From positions 12,762 through 76,761 of the forward strand of contig DAOULH010000011.1 of the NCBI GenBank assembly GCA_034420475.1: DNA of 64,000 nt, read 5' to 3'. Shown piece by piece: positions 46,961 to 56,013 of this stretch; within the stretch, counting starts at the first letter, position 1, and every line of letters begins with the position of its first letter. Below the pieces are notes generated by a model. That model had not been told where the DNA came from, made no database searches, and saw nothing but the letters and a program-made list of their open reading frames with translations. The stretch is from Dehalococcoidia bacterium (lineage in GTDB: Bacteria; Chloroflexota; Dehalococcoidia; Lucifugimonadales; UBA3495). A program made the position numbers and the translations under genes.

Positions 46961-48613
46961 ATGACCACCTCAACCCAAGTCTATTACCGCAAGTGGCGGC
47001 CCGGCACCTTCTCCGACCTGGCGGGCCAGGAGCATGTGGGCAACACGCTCCGGCAGGCAGTGATGCAGGGCCGCGTCAGCCACAGCTACCTGTTCTGCGG
47101 CACCCGCGGCAGCGGCAAAACCACCACCGCTCGGGTTCTGTCCAAGGCCGTCAACTGCCTGAACCCGCAGGACGGCGACCCCTGCGATGAGTGCGCCATC
47201 TGCGTGTCCATCAACGAGGGCCGCAACCTGGACATCATCGAGCTGGACGCGGCCAGCAATCGCGGCGTGGAGGAGATCCGCGAGATACGCGATAAAGTCC
47301 ACTTCCAGCCGGCCCAGAACCGGCGCAAGGTTTACATCATCGACGAAGCCCACATGCTCACCCGCGAGGCTTCCAACGCCTTCCTCAAGACCCTGGAAGA
47401 ACCCCCGGCCCACGTCATTTTCATCCTCTGCACCACCGAAGCCGACCGCATCCTGCCCACCATCCTGTCTCGGTGCCAGCGGTACGACTTCCGCCGCCTG
47501 CCCGGTCAGACCATCTACGACCGCCTGGCCTACGTCACCGACCAGGAAGGCGTGGCGATACAGCCCGACGCCCTGCGCATGGTGGCGCGCAACGCCGGCG
47601 GCTCCATGCGCGACGCCTTGAACATGCTGGAGCAGTTGGCGGTCTCCGCCGGCCGGGAAATTACGCTCGCCGATGTTGAAGAAGCCCTGGGGCTGGTGCG
47701 CAGCGACGCCTACCTGATCCTGGCCCAGAAGATGCTGGCCGGAGACACTTCGGGTTCGCTGGAAACCATCAACGAGGTGGTGTGGGAAGGCGGCGAGCCG
47801 CGCCAGTTGCACCGGCAGACCCTGGAGATCCTGCGCTCCATACTGCTGCTGTCGTGGGACGCCGGCGACACCCTGGACCTCCCGCCGGATGTTCTGTCCG
47901 CCCTCAAAGCAGAGGCGCAGAAACACGACGCTGCGACAATACTGTGCGCCGTCCGGATCTGGGGCGAGGCCAACTTGCGCTACGACGCTCCGTCCACGCT
48001 GCCCCTGGAAATCGCGGCGGCGGAGATTTGCCGGAAGGACGTCGTCGCGGCAACTCCTCAACCCCCGGCGCCCGCCCCGTCGTCACCCCCTGCGCAATCC
48101 CGCCAGCCACGCCGGGAGGCTCCGCCCGCCAGTTCGCCGGCCCGTGATTCCCGCCCGACCGCCCCGCCACCCGCGCGGCCGTCGCCTCCCGCCAATGCCC
48201 AACCTCCCGCACGCTCGACCACGCCGGCGGTCGCCCCAGACAGCCTCCAGGGTCGATGGGAGCAGGCGGTCCGGCAGCTGGGCCGCGTCAAGGGCAGCAA
48301 ATACAACCTGGGCGCTCTGCTACGCGATTGCCGGCCCAACAGCGTCCACCTGTCCGATGATGCCTCGACCCTGGTGCTGCCCTTCGCCAACTCTGCCAAT
48401 CTGGACCGGATGCAGGAAGAACTCAACGACCCACGGGTTCGTGATACCATTGAGCAGGCTATCGAACAGTGCTTCGGCGAACGCCACCCGTTTACGGTCA
48501 CCCTGGCCGGAACCAACGGCGACAGCGACCGCCCGGCGCGTAATTCCATGCAGGACAGCCCTCTATACCGCACCGCCATCGGCCTGGGAGCGCGTCCAAT
48601 CGAGGAAAACTAG
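46961..48613 (+). CDS. dnaX: DNA polymerase III subunit gamma/tau
   Basis: YRKWRP, GTRGSGKTT, NCL..PCDEC..C, ELDAASNRG, IIDEAHML, LKTLEEPP, SRCQ. Confidence 0.97.
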   Translation: MTTSTQVYYRKWRPGTFSDLAGQEHVGNTLRQAVMQGRVSHSYLFCGTRGSGKTTTARVLSKAVNCLNPQDGDPCDECAICVSINEGRNLDIIELDAASNRGVEEIREIRDKVHFQPAQNRRKVYIIDEAHMLTREASNAFLKTLEEPPAHVIFILCTTEADRILPTILSRCQRYDFRRLPGQTIYDRLAYVTDQEGVAIQPDALRMVARNAGGSMRDALNMLEQLAVSAGREITLADVEEALGLVRSDAYLILAQKMLAGDTSGSLETINEVVWEGGEPRQLHRQTLEILRSILLLSWDAGDTLDLPPDVLSALKAEAQKHDAATILCAVRIWGEANLRYDAPSTLPLEIAAAEICRKDVVAATPQPPAPAPSSPPAQSRQPRREAPPASSPARDSRPTAPPPARPSPPANAQPPARSTTPAVAPDSLQGRWEQAVRQLGRVKGSKYNLGALLRDCRPNSVHLSDDASTLVLPFANSANLDRMQEELNDPRVRDTIEQAIEQCFGERHPFTVTLAGTNGDSDRPARNSMQDSPLYRTAIGLGARPIEEN

Positions 48614-48634
48614 CAGGAGGCTCCGTACCTAATC

Positions 48635-48937
48635 ATGATGAACCGCAAGATGATGCGCCAGGCCCAGCAGCTGCAGAACCGGTTGGCCAAGGCCCAGCAG
48701 GAACTCGAAGAGATGAGCGTCGAAGGTTCCGCCGGCGGTGGCGTCGTGCGCGTGACCATGACCGGCAAGCAGGAAGTCACCTCGGTAATCATCGAGCCTG
48801 AAGCGGCCGAAGACGTCGACCTGCTCCAGGACCTTGTTGCCGCTGCCGTCAACGACGCCTTCAACCGCACCCAGGAACTCGCCGCCCAGAAGATGGGAGC
48901 GGTGACCGGCGGCCTGAACATCCCCGGCCTGTTCTAG
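48635..48937 (+). CDS. ybaB: YbaB/EbfC nucleoid-associated protein
   Basis: MMRQAQQLQ, GSAGGG.V.VTMTG, LQDLVAAAVNDA, GLNIPGLF. Confidence 0.95.
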   Translation: MMNRKMMRQAQQLQNRLAKAQQELEEMSVEGSAGGGVVRVTMTGKQEVTSVIIEPEAAEDVDLLQDLVAAAVNDAFNRTQELAAQKMGAVTGGLNIPGLF

Positions 48938-48946
48938 ACCGGCCGG

Positions 48947-49327
48947 ATGACCGGTCAGCGGAGCGGACGTCAGTCCTGGGAAAGGCGCAGACTGCCGGAG
49001 ACCATCACCGCCGGCGGCGTCACCCGATGGCTGACCAGACATTTACGCGAGAACCCGCACGACGGGGTTACCGCCGCCAGGATTCAACACGTCCTTGAGC
49101 ATTGGGTTGCCCGTGGACGGTGTACAAACAGCGAAGGCAGTACAACCATGACGTACTGGGGATCCGTTCCCGGCAGGCGAGTTATGTTGAGGGTTCCGGT
49201 TTCGCTGGACGACGAAGAGATCATAACCGCCACTTTTGACAGCAGAGCCGCCCGAAGGATCAGTCAAGAAGGTCACCCCTGGTTTCAACGCCATTGCCAG
49301 GACCTGGAGGTGAGAGATGCAAGTTAG
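48947..49327 (+). CDS. Putative DUF4258/RelE-BrnT-fold-like toxin (hypothetical)
   Basis: LTRHLRE..GVT...IQHVL then beta strands TYWG, MLRVPVS, EIITA, echoing the DUF4258 layout; lower GC than flanks. Confidence 0.5.
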   Translation: MTGQRSGRQSWERRRLPETITAGGVTRWLTRHLRENPHDGVTAARIQHVLEHWVARGRCTNSEGSTTMTYWGSVPGRRVMLRVPVSLDDEEIITATFDSRAARRISQEGHPWFQRHCQDLEVRDAS

Positions 49328-49721
49328 TTATTACCCTGAAGACGACGTACTCATACTCATCGCGTCGTCGCAAGGCGGTGGCGGCGGCACTTTACGAGAC
49401 GATTTTGGAGTCATCTTCGTTATAGACGGCGAAGATGAAGGTGATGAGAACGTCACAAGAGTCGACGTCCATGGCGCAACCCGTTTTCTTCCGCTCGACA
49501 CTGAGCGGGGATACGACGCCGACACCGACACGCTGACGCTGGGCGACAAGCCTGACGCAGATTATCGCGTGGTGGACAACGGCGACTTCGTCAGTTACCG
49601 GCAGTGGTTTGACGATGGGAGTGAATGGGACGTGGTAGCAGTGGATTTGCGGCGGGCCTCGGTGCATCTGGCGCCGGTTCTGGCCGCCCGGCCGCGGCCG
49701 GCGCCGGTCGGCCGGGGATAA
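49317..49721 (+). CDS. Putative tandem DUF2283-like antitoxin
   Basis: MQVSYYPEDDVLIL...VTRVDVHGA and a second unit GYDADTDTLTL...VVAVDLRRAS; overlaps the upstream ORF by 11 bp. Confidence 0.55.
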   Translation: MQVSYYPEDDVLILIASSQGGGGGTLRDDFGVIFVIDGEDEGDENVTRVDVHGATRFLPLDTERGYDADTDTLTLGDKPDADYRVVDNGDFVSYRQWFDDGSEWDVVAVDLRRASVHLAPVLAARPRPAPVGRG

Positions 49722-49750
49722 CCGGCAACGGGGGCATCAGCGCAAGCATC

Positions 49751-50374
49751 ATGGTCAGCGAATATAACCCCGGCACCGCGCGGTCCTTAAGCCGGCTGAT
49801 TGACGAGCTCAACCGGCTGCCCGGCATCGGCCCCAAGAGCGCCCAACGCATTGCCGACCACGTGATCCGCTTGCCGGGCGAGGAGGCGAGGTCACTGGCC
49901 GACGCAATCCTGGAGGCTCGGGACAGCCTCGTGTTTTGCGACCAGTGCCGTAACCTCACCGACGCCTCTCCCTGCGAGATCTGTTCCAATCCCCAGCGCA
50001 ACCAGGACCAGATCTGCGTGGTGGAAGAACGGCGCGACCTCGTGGCCCTGGAACGGACCCGCTCCTACCGGGGGCTGTACCACGTGCTCCACGGCGTGCT
50101 CTCGCCGCTCAACGGCGTCGGTCCGGAGGACATCCACCTGCCGCAACTGTTCGACCGCCTGCGCGAATCCGACAGCCCTTTCCAGGAACTGATCGTAGCC
50201 ACCAACCCGACGCTGGAAGGCGATGCCACCGCCGACTTCATCAACCGCCGGCTGGCCGGCGCCGGCATCCGCATCACCCGCCTCGCCCGGGGACTGCCCG
50301 TGGGTGGCTCGCTGGAGTTTGCCGACGAGACCACGCTGAGCCGCGCCCTGGCCGGCCGCAGCACCCTGGACTAG
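49751..50374 (+). CDS. recR: Recombination protein RecR
   Basis: LPGIGPKSAQR, C..C..CEIC zinc finger, YHVLHG.LSPL.G.GP, ATNPTLEGDATA, LA.GLPVGG.LEFADE.TL. Confidence 0.97.
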   Translation: MVSEYNPGTARSLSRLIDELNRLPGIGPKSAQRIADHVIRLPGEEARSLADAILEARDSLVFCDQCRNLTDASPCEICSNPQRNQDQICVVEERRDLVALERTRSYRGLYHVLHGVLSPLNGVGPEDIHLPQLFDRLRESDSPFQELIVATNPTLEGDATADFINRRLAGAGIRITRLARGLPVGGSLEFADETTLSRALAGRSTLD

Positions 50375-50390
50375 CGCGGCGGACCGAGCA

Positions 50391-51152
50391 ATGACCTCGC
50401 CCCGTACCTACCGCGCCCTGGGCATCACTCTGCGCCGCTCGCCGGTGCGCGAGGCCGACCTGCTCTCCGTAATGTACACCCGCGAACACGGCAAGCTGGA
50501 ATTGCTGGCGCGTGGAGCGCAACGCCTGACCAGCAAGCTGATGGGACACCTCGAACCCCTGACCCTGGTCAGCGTCTCCGTCGCCCGCGGCCGTTCCATG
50601 GACCAGGTCACCGAAGCCGAGGTAATCGACGCTTTCCCCAACGTTAAAAATGGTTACGAGAATTCGGCTCGCGGGCTCTACGTCGCCGAACTCGTCGACG
50701 GTTTCAGCGCCCTGTCCGCCGCCAACGCCGAACTGTTCGACCTTGCCGTGCAGACCCTCCAAGTACTCGGCGCCGCAGCCAACGCGGATCTCGCACTGCG
50801 CTACTTCGACCTGCAACTGCTGAGGCTGTCGGGCTTCATGCCGGAACTCTACAACTGTGTGGAGTGCGGCGCGGAGCTGGAACCTGACCGCCATCGGTTC
50901 GCCGTCGGAGCCGGAGGCGCGTTGTGCATCGATTGCGGCCCGACTGACGTGGTGGTGCGGCCGCTATCGTTGTCGGCGTTGAAACTGCTCCGGCTGCTGC
51001 ATCGTACGGAAACGGTTGAAGATTTGCCGGAGTTATCCATCCCGCCCCCGCTGGAGCGCGAGGTTCGCGAAACTCTGGCAGCGACGCTGCAGTATTGGCT
51101 GGACCGCAGGGTCCGTTCTCAGGAATTTTTGGAAACTGCAAAATTTGCATGA
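50391..51152 (+). CDS. recO: DNA repair protein RecO
   Basis: VREADLL...TREHGK...ARGA....SKL.GHLEP, PEL..CVECG..C..C zinc finger. Confidence 0.92.
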   Translation: MTSPRTYRALGITLRRSPVREADLLSVMYTREHGKLELLARGAQRLTSKLMGHLEPLTLVSVSVARGRSMDQVTEAEVIDAFPNVKNGYENSARGLYVAELVDGFSALSAANAELFDLAVQTLQVLGAAANADLALRYFDLQLLRLSGFMPELYNCVECGAELEPDRHRFAVGAGGALCIDCGPTDVVVRPLSLSALKLLRLLHRTETVEDLPELSIPPPLEREVRETLAATLQYWLDRRVRSQEFLETAKFA

Positions 51153-51167
51153 AAGTCGTTTCGCTGG

Positions 51168-51218
51168 TTGTTGACCCATCAACAATCAATCACGTAAAAA
51201 CCGTCACAACAGGTTGTG
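51168..51218. promoter_or_regulatory. Two perfect inverted repeats (candidate operators) in the AT-rich recO-accC spacer
   Basis: TTGTTGA-CCCA-TCAACAA (51168-51185) and CACAAC-AG-GTTGTG (51205-51218). Confidence 0.45.
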
Positions 51219-51401
51219 TAAAATATCCTTCATCCGATTGGGTGCATAAATCAACTGCCGCAGAAATTCGAGCGGTATTTTGGAGCGAATTTCCCTGGTG
51301 CAGCAGCCCGCGATTGGGCCGGCCGAAAATAATCTCATTGCTTGCGATGACGAGCAGCCTGCGCCGGAACGGCGCCCTGGGAGTGTTTTGAGGGTATATG
51401 T

Positions 51402-52982
51402 ATGTTCAATAAGGTATTGGTGGCTAATCGCGGCGAGATCGCCGCTCGCATCATCCGCACCTGCCAGCGCCTGGGCATCGCGACCGTGGCCGTGTATTCC
51501 GAGGCCGACTCCGGCGCAATGCACACCCGCATGGCCGACCAGTCGGTGTGCATCGGCGGAGCCGTGGCAAAGGACTCCTACCTCAACGTCGATGCCGTTC
51601 TGGACGCCTGCCGCGCCACCGGCGCCGAAGCCATCCACCCGGGCTACGGTTTCCTCTCCGAGAACAGCGAACTGTCGCGACGCTGCAAGACGGAAGGAGT
51701 GACGTTCATCGGCCCGGGCGAAGAGGTGCTCAACCAGATGGGCGACAAGCTCTCCGCCCGTCGCGTCGCCCGCAAATCCGGCCTGCCGGTCATGCCCGGC
51801 ACGGAGGAACCCGTCAGCGATGACGAGGCCATCGCCAAGGCGTGGGAACTGGGCTTTCCCATGATGGTGAAGGCGACCGCCGGCGGCGGCGGCATCGGCA
51901 TCCATGTCGTCCACTCGATGGCCGAGTTGGAACCGATCATCGAACGCACCCGCAAGACTGCCCAGGCGGCCTTCGCCGACTCCAGCCTCTTTTACGAACG
52001 CTACCTGGAAGGGGCATCACACATCGAGGTGCAGCTGATCGCCGATCAATACGGCAATGTACTCCATCTGCACGAACGGGATTGCTCCATCCAGCGCCGT
52101 AACCAGAAGCTTATTGAGGAGACACCGGCTTCCTCCAAGCTGTCGCCTGAGGTGCGGGAACAGATCGGACGCTTGTCCCGCCAACTCGGCCGGGAAGTCG
52201 GCTACACCAACGCCGGCACCGTGGAGTTCCTGGTCGCCCCGGACGGTCACTTCTACTTCCTGGAGATGAACCCGCGGTTGCAGGTCGAGCACGGCGTATC
52301 CGAGCTCCTGACCGGACGGGACATCGTTGAACTTCAGTTGCAGTCCGCAGTCGGCGCGCCGTTCACCATCAGGCAGCGTGACATCCACGCCAGAGGCCAC
52401 GCCATTGAAGCGCGCGTGTATCCGGAAGACCCGGACACCTGCCTTCCCAACGTCGGCGTGGTCACCGACGTGCATCTCCCGGAAGGCGACAACATCCGCG
52501 TGGACACCGCCCTTTACGTCGGTTACGAGGTTTCGCTACACTACGAGCCGCTGCTTGCCAAGGTGATGGCCTGGGGACCCGACCGGGACGCGGCAATCGC
52601 CACCCTGGATTCCGCTCTGGCGGACTTCCGGCTGGAAGGCGTCAAGACCAACGTCCCGCTGCTGCGAGACGTGCTGGCCAGCCCGGAGTTCAATTCGGGC
52701 GGATACCATACCGGGACCCTCCCCACCATTCTTGAGCGGCGGCTGCAAAATCAAGGCACAAAATCCAACGGGCGCCACAACGTGAACATAGGCACTAACG
52801 GCTTAACCCTTGAAGCGTCCGCGTCGGATCTGGATCCTCGCGCGTTGGCGGCGGCCATCGGCGTCGCTGCCGTGTACGCGGCTCAGAGTCAGGGCGCGTC
52901 TGCCGGCGGTGACGGTTCCCGTTGGCGCACGCAGGGCCGCCGCGAGCTGTTCCGGTCGCGGCTCGGCAGTGGGTCCTGGTAA
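51402..52982 (+). CDS. accC: Biotin carboxylase subunit of an acyl-CoA carboxylase, with C-terminal extension
   Basis: KVLVANRGEIA, IHPGYGFLSEN, KATAGGGGIG, ERDCSIQRRNQK, FLEMNPRLQVEH, YEPLLAKV. Confidence 0.92.
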   Translation: MFNKVLVANRGEIAARIIRTCQRLGIATVAVYSEADSGAMHTRMADQSVCIGGAVAKDSYLNVDAVLDACRATGAEAIHPGYGFLSENSELSRRCKTEGVTFIGPGEEVLNQMGDKLSARRVARKSGLPVMPGTEEPVSDDEAIAKAWELGFPMMVKATAGGGGIGIHVVHSMAELEPIIERTRKTAQAAFADSSLFYERYLEGASHIEVQLIADQYGNVLHLHERDCSIQRRNQKLIEETPASSKLSPEVREQIGRLSRQLGREVGYTNAGTVEFLVAPDGHFYFLEMNPRLQVEHGVSELLTGRDIVELQLQSAVGAPFTIRQRDIHARGHAIEARVYPEDPDTCLPNVGVVTDVHLPEGDNIRVDTALYVGYEVSLHYEPLLAKVMAWGPDRDAAIATLDSALADFRLEGVKTNVPLLRDVLASPEFNSGGYHTGTLPTILERRLQNQGTKSNGRHNVNIGTNGLTLEASASDLDPRALAAAIGVAAVYAAQSQGASAGGDGSRWRTQGRRELFRSRLGSGSW

Positions 52983-52983
52983 C

Positions 52984-53418
52984 TTGACCACCATCAGAGT
53001 ACGCGTCGGTGACCGGTGGTACACCGTTGAAGTGGGCGACCTGACCCGGTCGCCCGTTCCAGTCACCGTTGACGGAGAGAGCATCGACGTCGACATCGAC
53101 GTCGCTGCCGCCCCTTCGCCTCCGCGCCGGGGGCGACCGGCTGGCGGCCTTTCCGTACCCGAAGCGCCCGCTGCGGCTGCCGCGTCATCCGGCGCTCCCA
53201 TCGATGACGACGTGCTGCGCTCACCCATGCCGGGACGGGTGATGTCGGTCATGGTGCGCCCCGGCGATACGGTCAGCGCCGGCGACGAGGTGTGCGTGGT
53301 GGAAGCGATGAAGATGGAGCAGAGCATCCTGGCCCACCGCGATGGCGTGGTGAAAACCGTGTTCGTTCAACCCCTCGATTCCGTCAACGCCAACGACCCT
53401 TTGGTAGAATTGGAATGA
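52984..53418 (+). CDS. accB: Biotin carboxyl carrier protein
   Basis: SPMPG, EAMKME biotinylation motif. Start uncertain (TTG 52984 or GTG 52969). Confidence 0.85.
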   Translation: MTTIRVRVGDRWYTVEVGDLTRSPVPVTVDGESIDVDIDVAAAPSPPRRGRPAGGLSVPEAPAAAAASSGAPIDDDVLRSPMPGRVMSVMVRPGDTVSAGDEVCVVEAMKMEQSILAHRDGVVKTVFVQPLDSVNANDPLVELE

Positions 53419-53743
53419 CCCTCAGCATCCAGGACAGTCCGCCACGACCAAAAAGACCGGACGCCGTCCCCTCGAACTGGTGCCGGTCGATAAATGGTCG
53501 AAGTGCCTCGTATGTGAGCGTATCAGTCCCTCTTCTTCCATATCTTCTCGCCGTGCCAGTCCGCAAACTCCTCCTGCCTGATTCAGGTTATTGCCCTCGG
53601 ATGGTCACCCCACACGGTCCATGCGTGTCGTCTTTCCCATTCCGAAGCAATCTTCGGCCGGATCCGACTGCAAATGCCAAGTCTCATAGCCGGCAACATC
53701 GTATGGGAACGTCGCAATCGCAAGGCATCGGCGGCCGAAAAGA

Positions 53744-53772
53744 TTGACAATCCGCGGGGTATTGCGTAACCT
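53744..53772 (+). promoter_or_regulatory. Sigma70-type promoter for the tRNA-tuf cluster
   Basis: TTGACA (53744-53749), 17-bp spacer, TAACCT (53767-53772). Confidence 0.65.
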
Positions 53773-53798
53773 ATATTTCGATTGGCGAAAACCGGAAG

Positions 53799-53824
53799 GC
53801 CCCGGAAGTTGCCGGGGCTTTTTT
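53799..53824 (+). terminator. Intrinsic-terminator-like hairpin between the promoter and tRNA-Thr
   Basis: GCCCCGG-AAGTTG-CCGGGGC followed by TTTTTT. Confidence 0.55.
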
Positions 53825-53872
53825 AGCGCATTGCGCGGTCTGGCTGGTCGGGCTCCACGGAGCCAACCCCGC

Positions 53873-53948
53873 GCCCCGGTGGCGCAATTGGCAGCGCAGC
53901 CGATTTGTAATCGGCAGGTTAGGGGTTCGAGTCCCCTCTGGGGCTCCA
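53873..53948 (+). tRNA. tRNA-Thr(TGT)
   Basis: GCCCCGG acceptor, GCCGA-TT-TGT-AA-TCGGC anticodon arm, GGTTCGAGTCC T-arm, encoded CCA. Confidence 0.95.
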
Positions 53949-53994
53949 AATCGAAACCGTCGCATCTGGATCACGGGTCCGGGAGTTAACAAAT

Positions 53995-54082
53995 GGAGGG
54001 GTGGGTGAGTGGTTAAAGCCACCAGACTGTAAATCTGGCGCCCTGACGGGCTTCGCAGGTTCGAATCCTGCCCCCTCCACCA
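53995..54082 (+). tRNA. tRNA-Tyr(GTA)
   Basis: GGAGGGG/CCCCTCC acceptor, CCAGA-CT-GTA-AA-TCTGG, long variable arm, GGTTCGAATCC, CCA. Confidence 0.96.
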
Positions 54083-54107
54083 CTTTATCGAAATCAGCAT
54101 TCCATCC

Positions 54108-54182
54108 GCCCAAGTAGCTCAGAGGTAGAGCACGTTCTTGGTAAGAACGGGGTCGGCGGTTCGATTCCGCCCTTGGGCTCCA
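54108..54182 (+). tRNA. tRNA-Thr(GGT)
   Basis: GCCCAAG acceptor, CGTTC-TT-GGT-AA-GAACG, GGTTCGATTCC, CCA. Confidence 0.96.
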
Positions 54183-54263
54183 CCGGCGTCAGCAACCCGC
54201 AGGGACGTCCCGCGGGCCGGAACCAAGGAACCACCAACAAGGAGCAAGGAGTAACCCGCCACC

Positions 54264-55448
54264 ATGGCTAAGCAAGTCTTCGACCGTTCCAAGCCCCACG
54301 TCAACGTGGGAACCATCGGTCACGTTGACCACGGCAAGACCACCCTGACCGCCGCTATCACCAGCGTGCTGGCCCAGGAGAACAACGCCAGCTTCCGCAG
54401 TTTCGACAGCATCGACAACGCGCCGGAGGAACGGGCCCGCGGTATCACCATCGCCATCGCCCACGTGGAATACGAGACCGCGAACCGGCACTACGCCCAC
54501 GTTGACTGCCCCGGCCACGCCGACTACATCAAGAACATGATCACCGGCGCCGCGCAGATGGACGGCGCGGTCCTGGTCGTGTCCGCTCCCGACGGCCCGA
54601 TGCCCCAGACCCGGGAGCACATCCTGTTGGCGCGCCAGGTCGAAGTGCCCTCCATCGTCGTGGCTCTGAACAAGGTCGACATGATGGACGACGAAGAGTT
54701 GCTGGAACTGGTGGAGCTCGAAGTGCGCGAGCTGCTCAGCACCTACGACTTCCCCGGCGACGACACCCCCATCGTCCGCGTCAGCGGCCTGAAGGCGCTG
54801 GAAGGCGACGCCGATGCCATGGAGCAGGTGCGTGAACTGGTCGCCACCATGGACGACTACATCCCGCAGCCGTCCCGCGTCACCGACCAGCCGTTCCTGA
54901 TGCCCATTGAGGACGTATTCGGCATCAAGGGCCGCGGCACCGTGGTCACCGGCCGCGTCGAGCGCGGTCAGCTGAACGTCGGCCAGGAGGTAGAAATCAT
55001 CCGCTCTGGCGACGTGCGCAAGACGGTTGCCACCGGCCTGGAAATGTTCCACAAGCTGCTGGATACCACCGAGGCCGGCGACGCCGTAGGCGTGCTGCTG
55101 CGCGGCGTGGACCGCGACGAGGTGGAACGCGGCCAGGTGCTGGTAGCGCCGGGCTCCATGCGCCCGTACCGCCGCGCCGAGGCTGAGGTGTACGTGCTGA
55201 GCCAGGCGGAAGGCGGCCGACACACCCCCTTCTTCACCGGCTACAAGCCCCAGTTCTATATCCGCACCAGCGACATCACCGGCGAGATCGCCCTGCCCGA
55301 CGGTGTGGAAATGGTGATGCCCGGTGACAACATCACTATGACCGTCAGCCTGATCACGCCGATTGCCGTGGAGGAAGGACTTCGGTTCGCCATCCGCGAG
55401 GGCGGCCGCACTGTCGGCGCCGGCGTGTTCACCCGATTGCTGGAGTGA
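54264..55448 (+). CDS. tuf: Elongation factor Tu
   Basis: [52 protein letters not shown]. Confidence 0.99.
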   Translation: MAKQVFDRSKPHVNVGTIGHVDHGKTTLTAAITSVLAQENNASFRSFDSIDNAPEERARGITIAIAHVEYETANRHYAHVDCPGHADYIKNMITGAAQMDGAVLVVSAPDGPMPQTREHILLARQVEVPSIVVALNKVDMMDDEELLELVELEVRELLSTYDFPGDDTPIVRVSGLKALEGDADAMEQVRELVATMDDYIPQPSRVTDQPFLMPIEDVFGIKGRGTVVTGRVERGQLNVGQEVEIIRSGDVRKTVATGLEMFHKLLDTTEAGDAVGVLLRGVDRDEVERGQVLVAPGSMRPYRRAEAEVYVLSQAEGGRHTPFFTGYKPQFYIRTSDITGEIALPDGVEMVMPGDNITMTVSLITPIAVEEGLRFAIREGGRTVGAGVFTRLLE

Positions 55449-55452
55449 TCCC

Positions 55453-55623
55453 ATGGCCCGCAAGTCCACCGACGCCCGGCAGGTCATCACCTTGCAGTGC
55501 ACCGACTGCCGTGAGCGCAACTACTCGACCATCAAGAACCGGCGCAGCCACACCACCCGCATGGAATTGCGGAAGTACTGCAGCCGCTGCCGGGGCCATC
55601 AGGTCCATCGGGAAGTGAGGTAG
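55453..55623 (+). CDS. rpmG: 50S ribosomal protein L33 (zinc-binding C+ form)
   Basis: [13 protein letters not shown]...[16 protein letters not shown]. Confidence 0.95.
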   Translation: MARKSTDARQVITLQCTDCRERNYSTIKNRRSHTTRMELRKYCSRCRGHQVHREVR

Positions 55624-55629
55624 CGGCCC

Positions 55630-55884
55630 GTGGCCCGCGCATCGACCAGACGACCGTCGCCGATCTCTCCCCGCGCGGTGGGGAGAGTCGGCCCCATCGG
55701 CTTCCTGCGTGAAACCGCTTCCGAACTGCGGAAATCGGTCTGGCCGAGCAAGGAAGAAACGGCCCGGCTCACGGTCATCGTCATTGTGCTGGCCGTGATC
55801 ATGGGCTTCTTCCTCGGCCTGTTGGACCGGGTTTTTGACTTCGGGATGAGCTTCGTCATCGGCCTGCGGCAATTGCCTTTCTGA
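55630..55884 (+). CDS. secE: Preprotein translocase SecE
   Basis: FLRETASELRKSVWPSKEE plus one TM helix; position between rpmG and nusG. Confidence 0.92.
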   Translation: MARASTRRPSPISPRAVGRVGPIGFLRETASELRKSVWPSKEETARLTVIVIVLAVIMGFFLGLLDRVFDFGMSFVIGLRQLPF

Positions 55885-56013
55885 CCCTGCCCGGGTCCGG
55901 CGTGCTCACGCCTCGCTGCGGGATCTTCCGGAGACCGCTTTCAGCGCCGGCGTCAATTAGATTGGCCGGCGCTCTCTGGGGCCGCTCCATTCTCACCCAC
56001 TGAGATTGAAACA

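Noticed and set aside
51153-51401. Chromosomal origin (oriC)
   Set aside because: Only one full DnaA-box match and one partial; no dnaA/dnaN nearby; insufficient evidence.
53560-53625. TPP riboswitch on the minus strand (AACCTGAATCAGG)
   Set aside because: Lacks the CTGAGA motif and has no suitable downstream gene.
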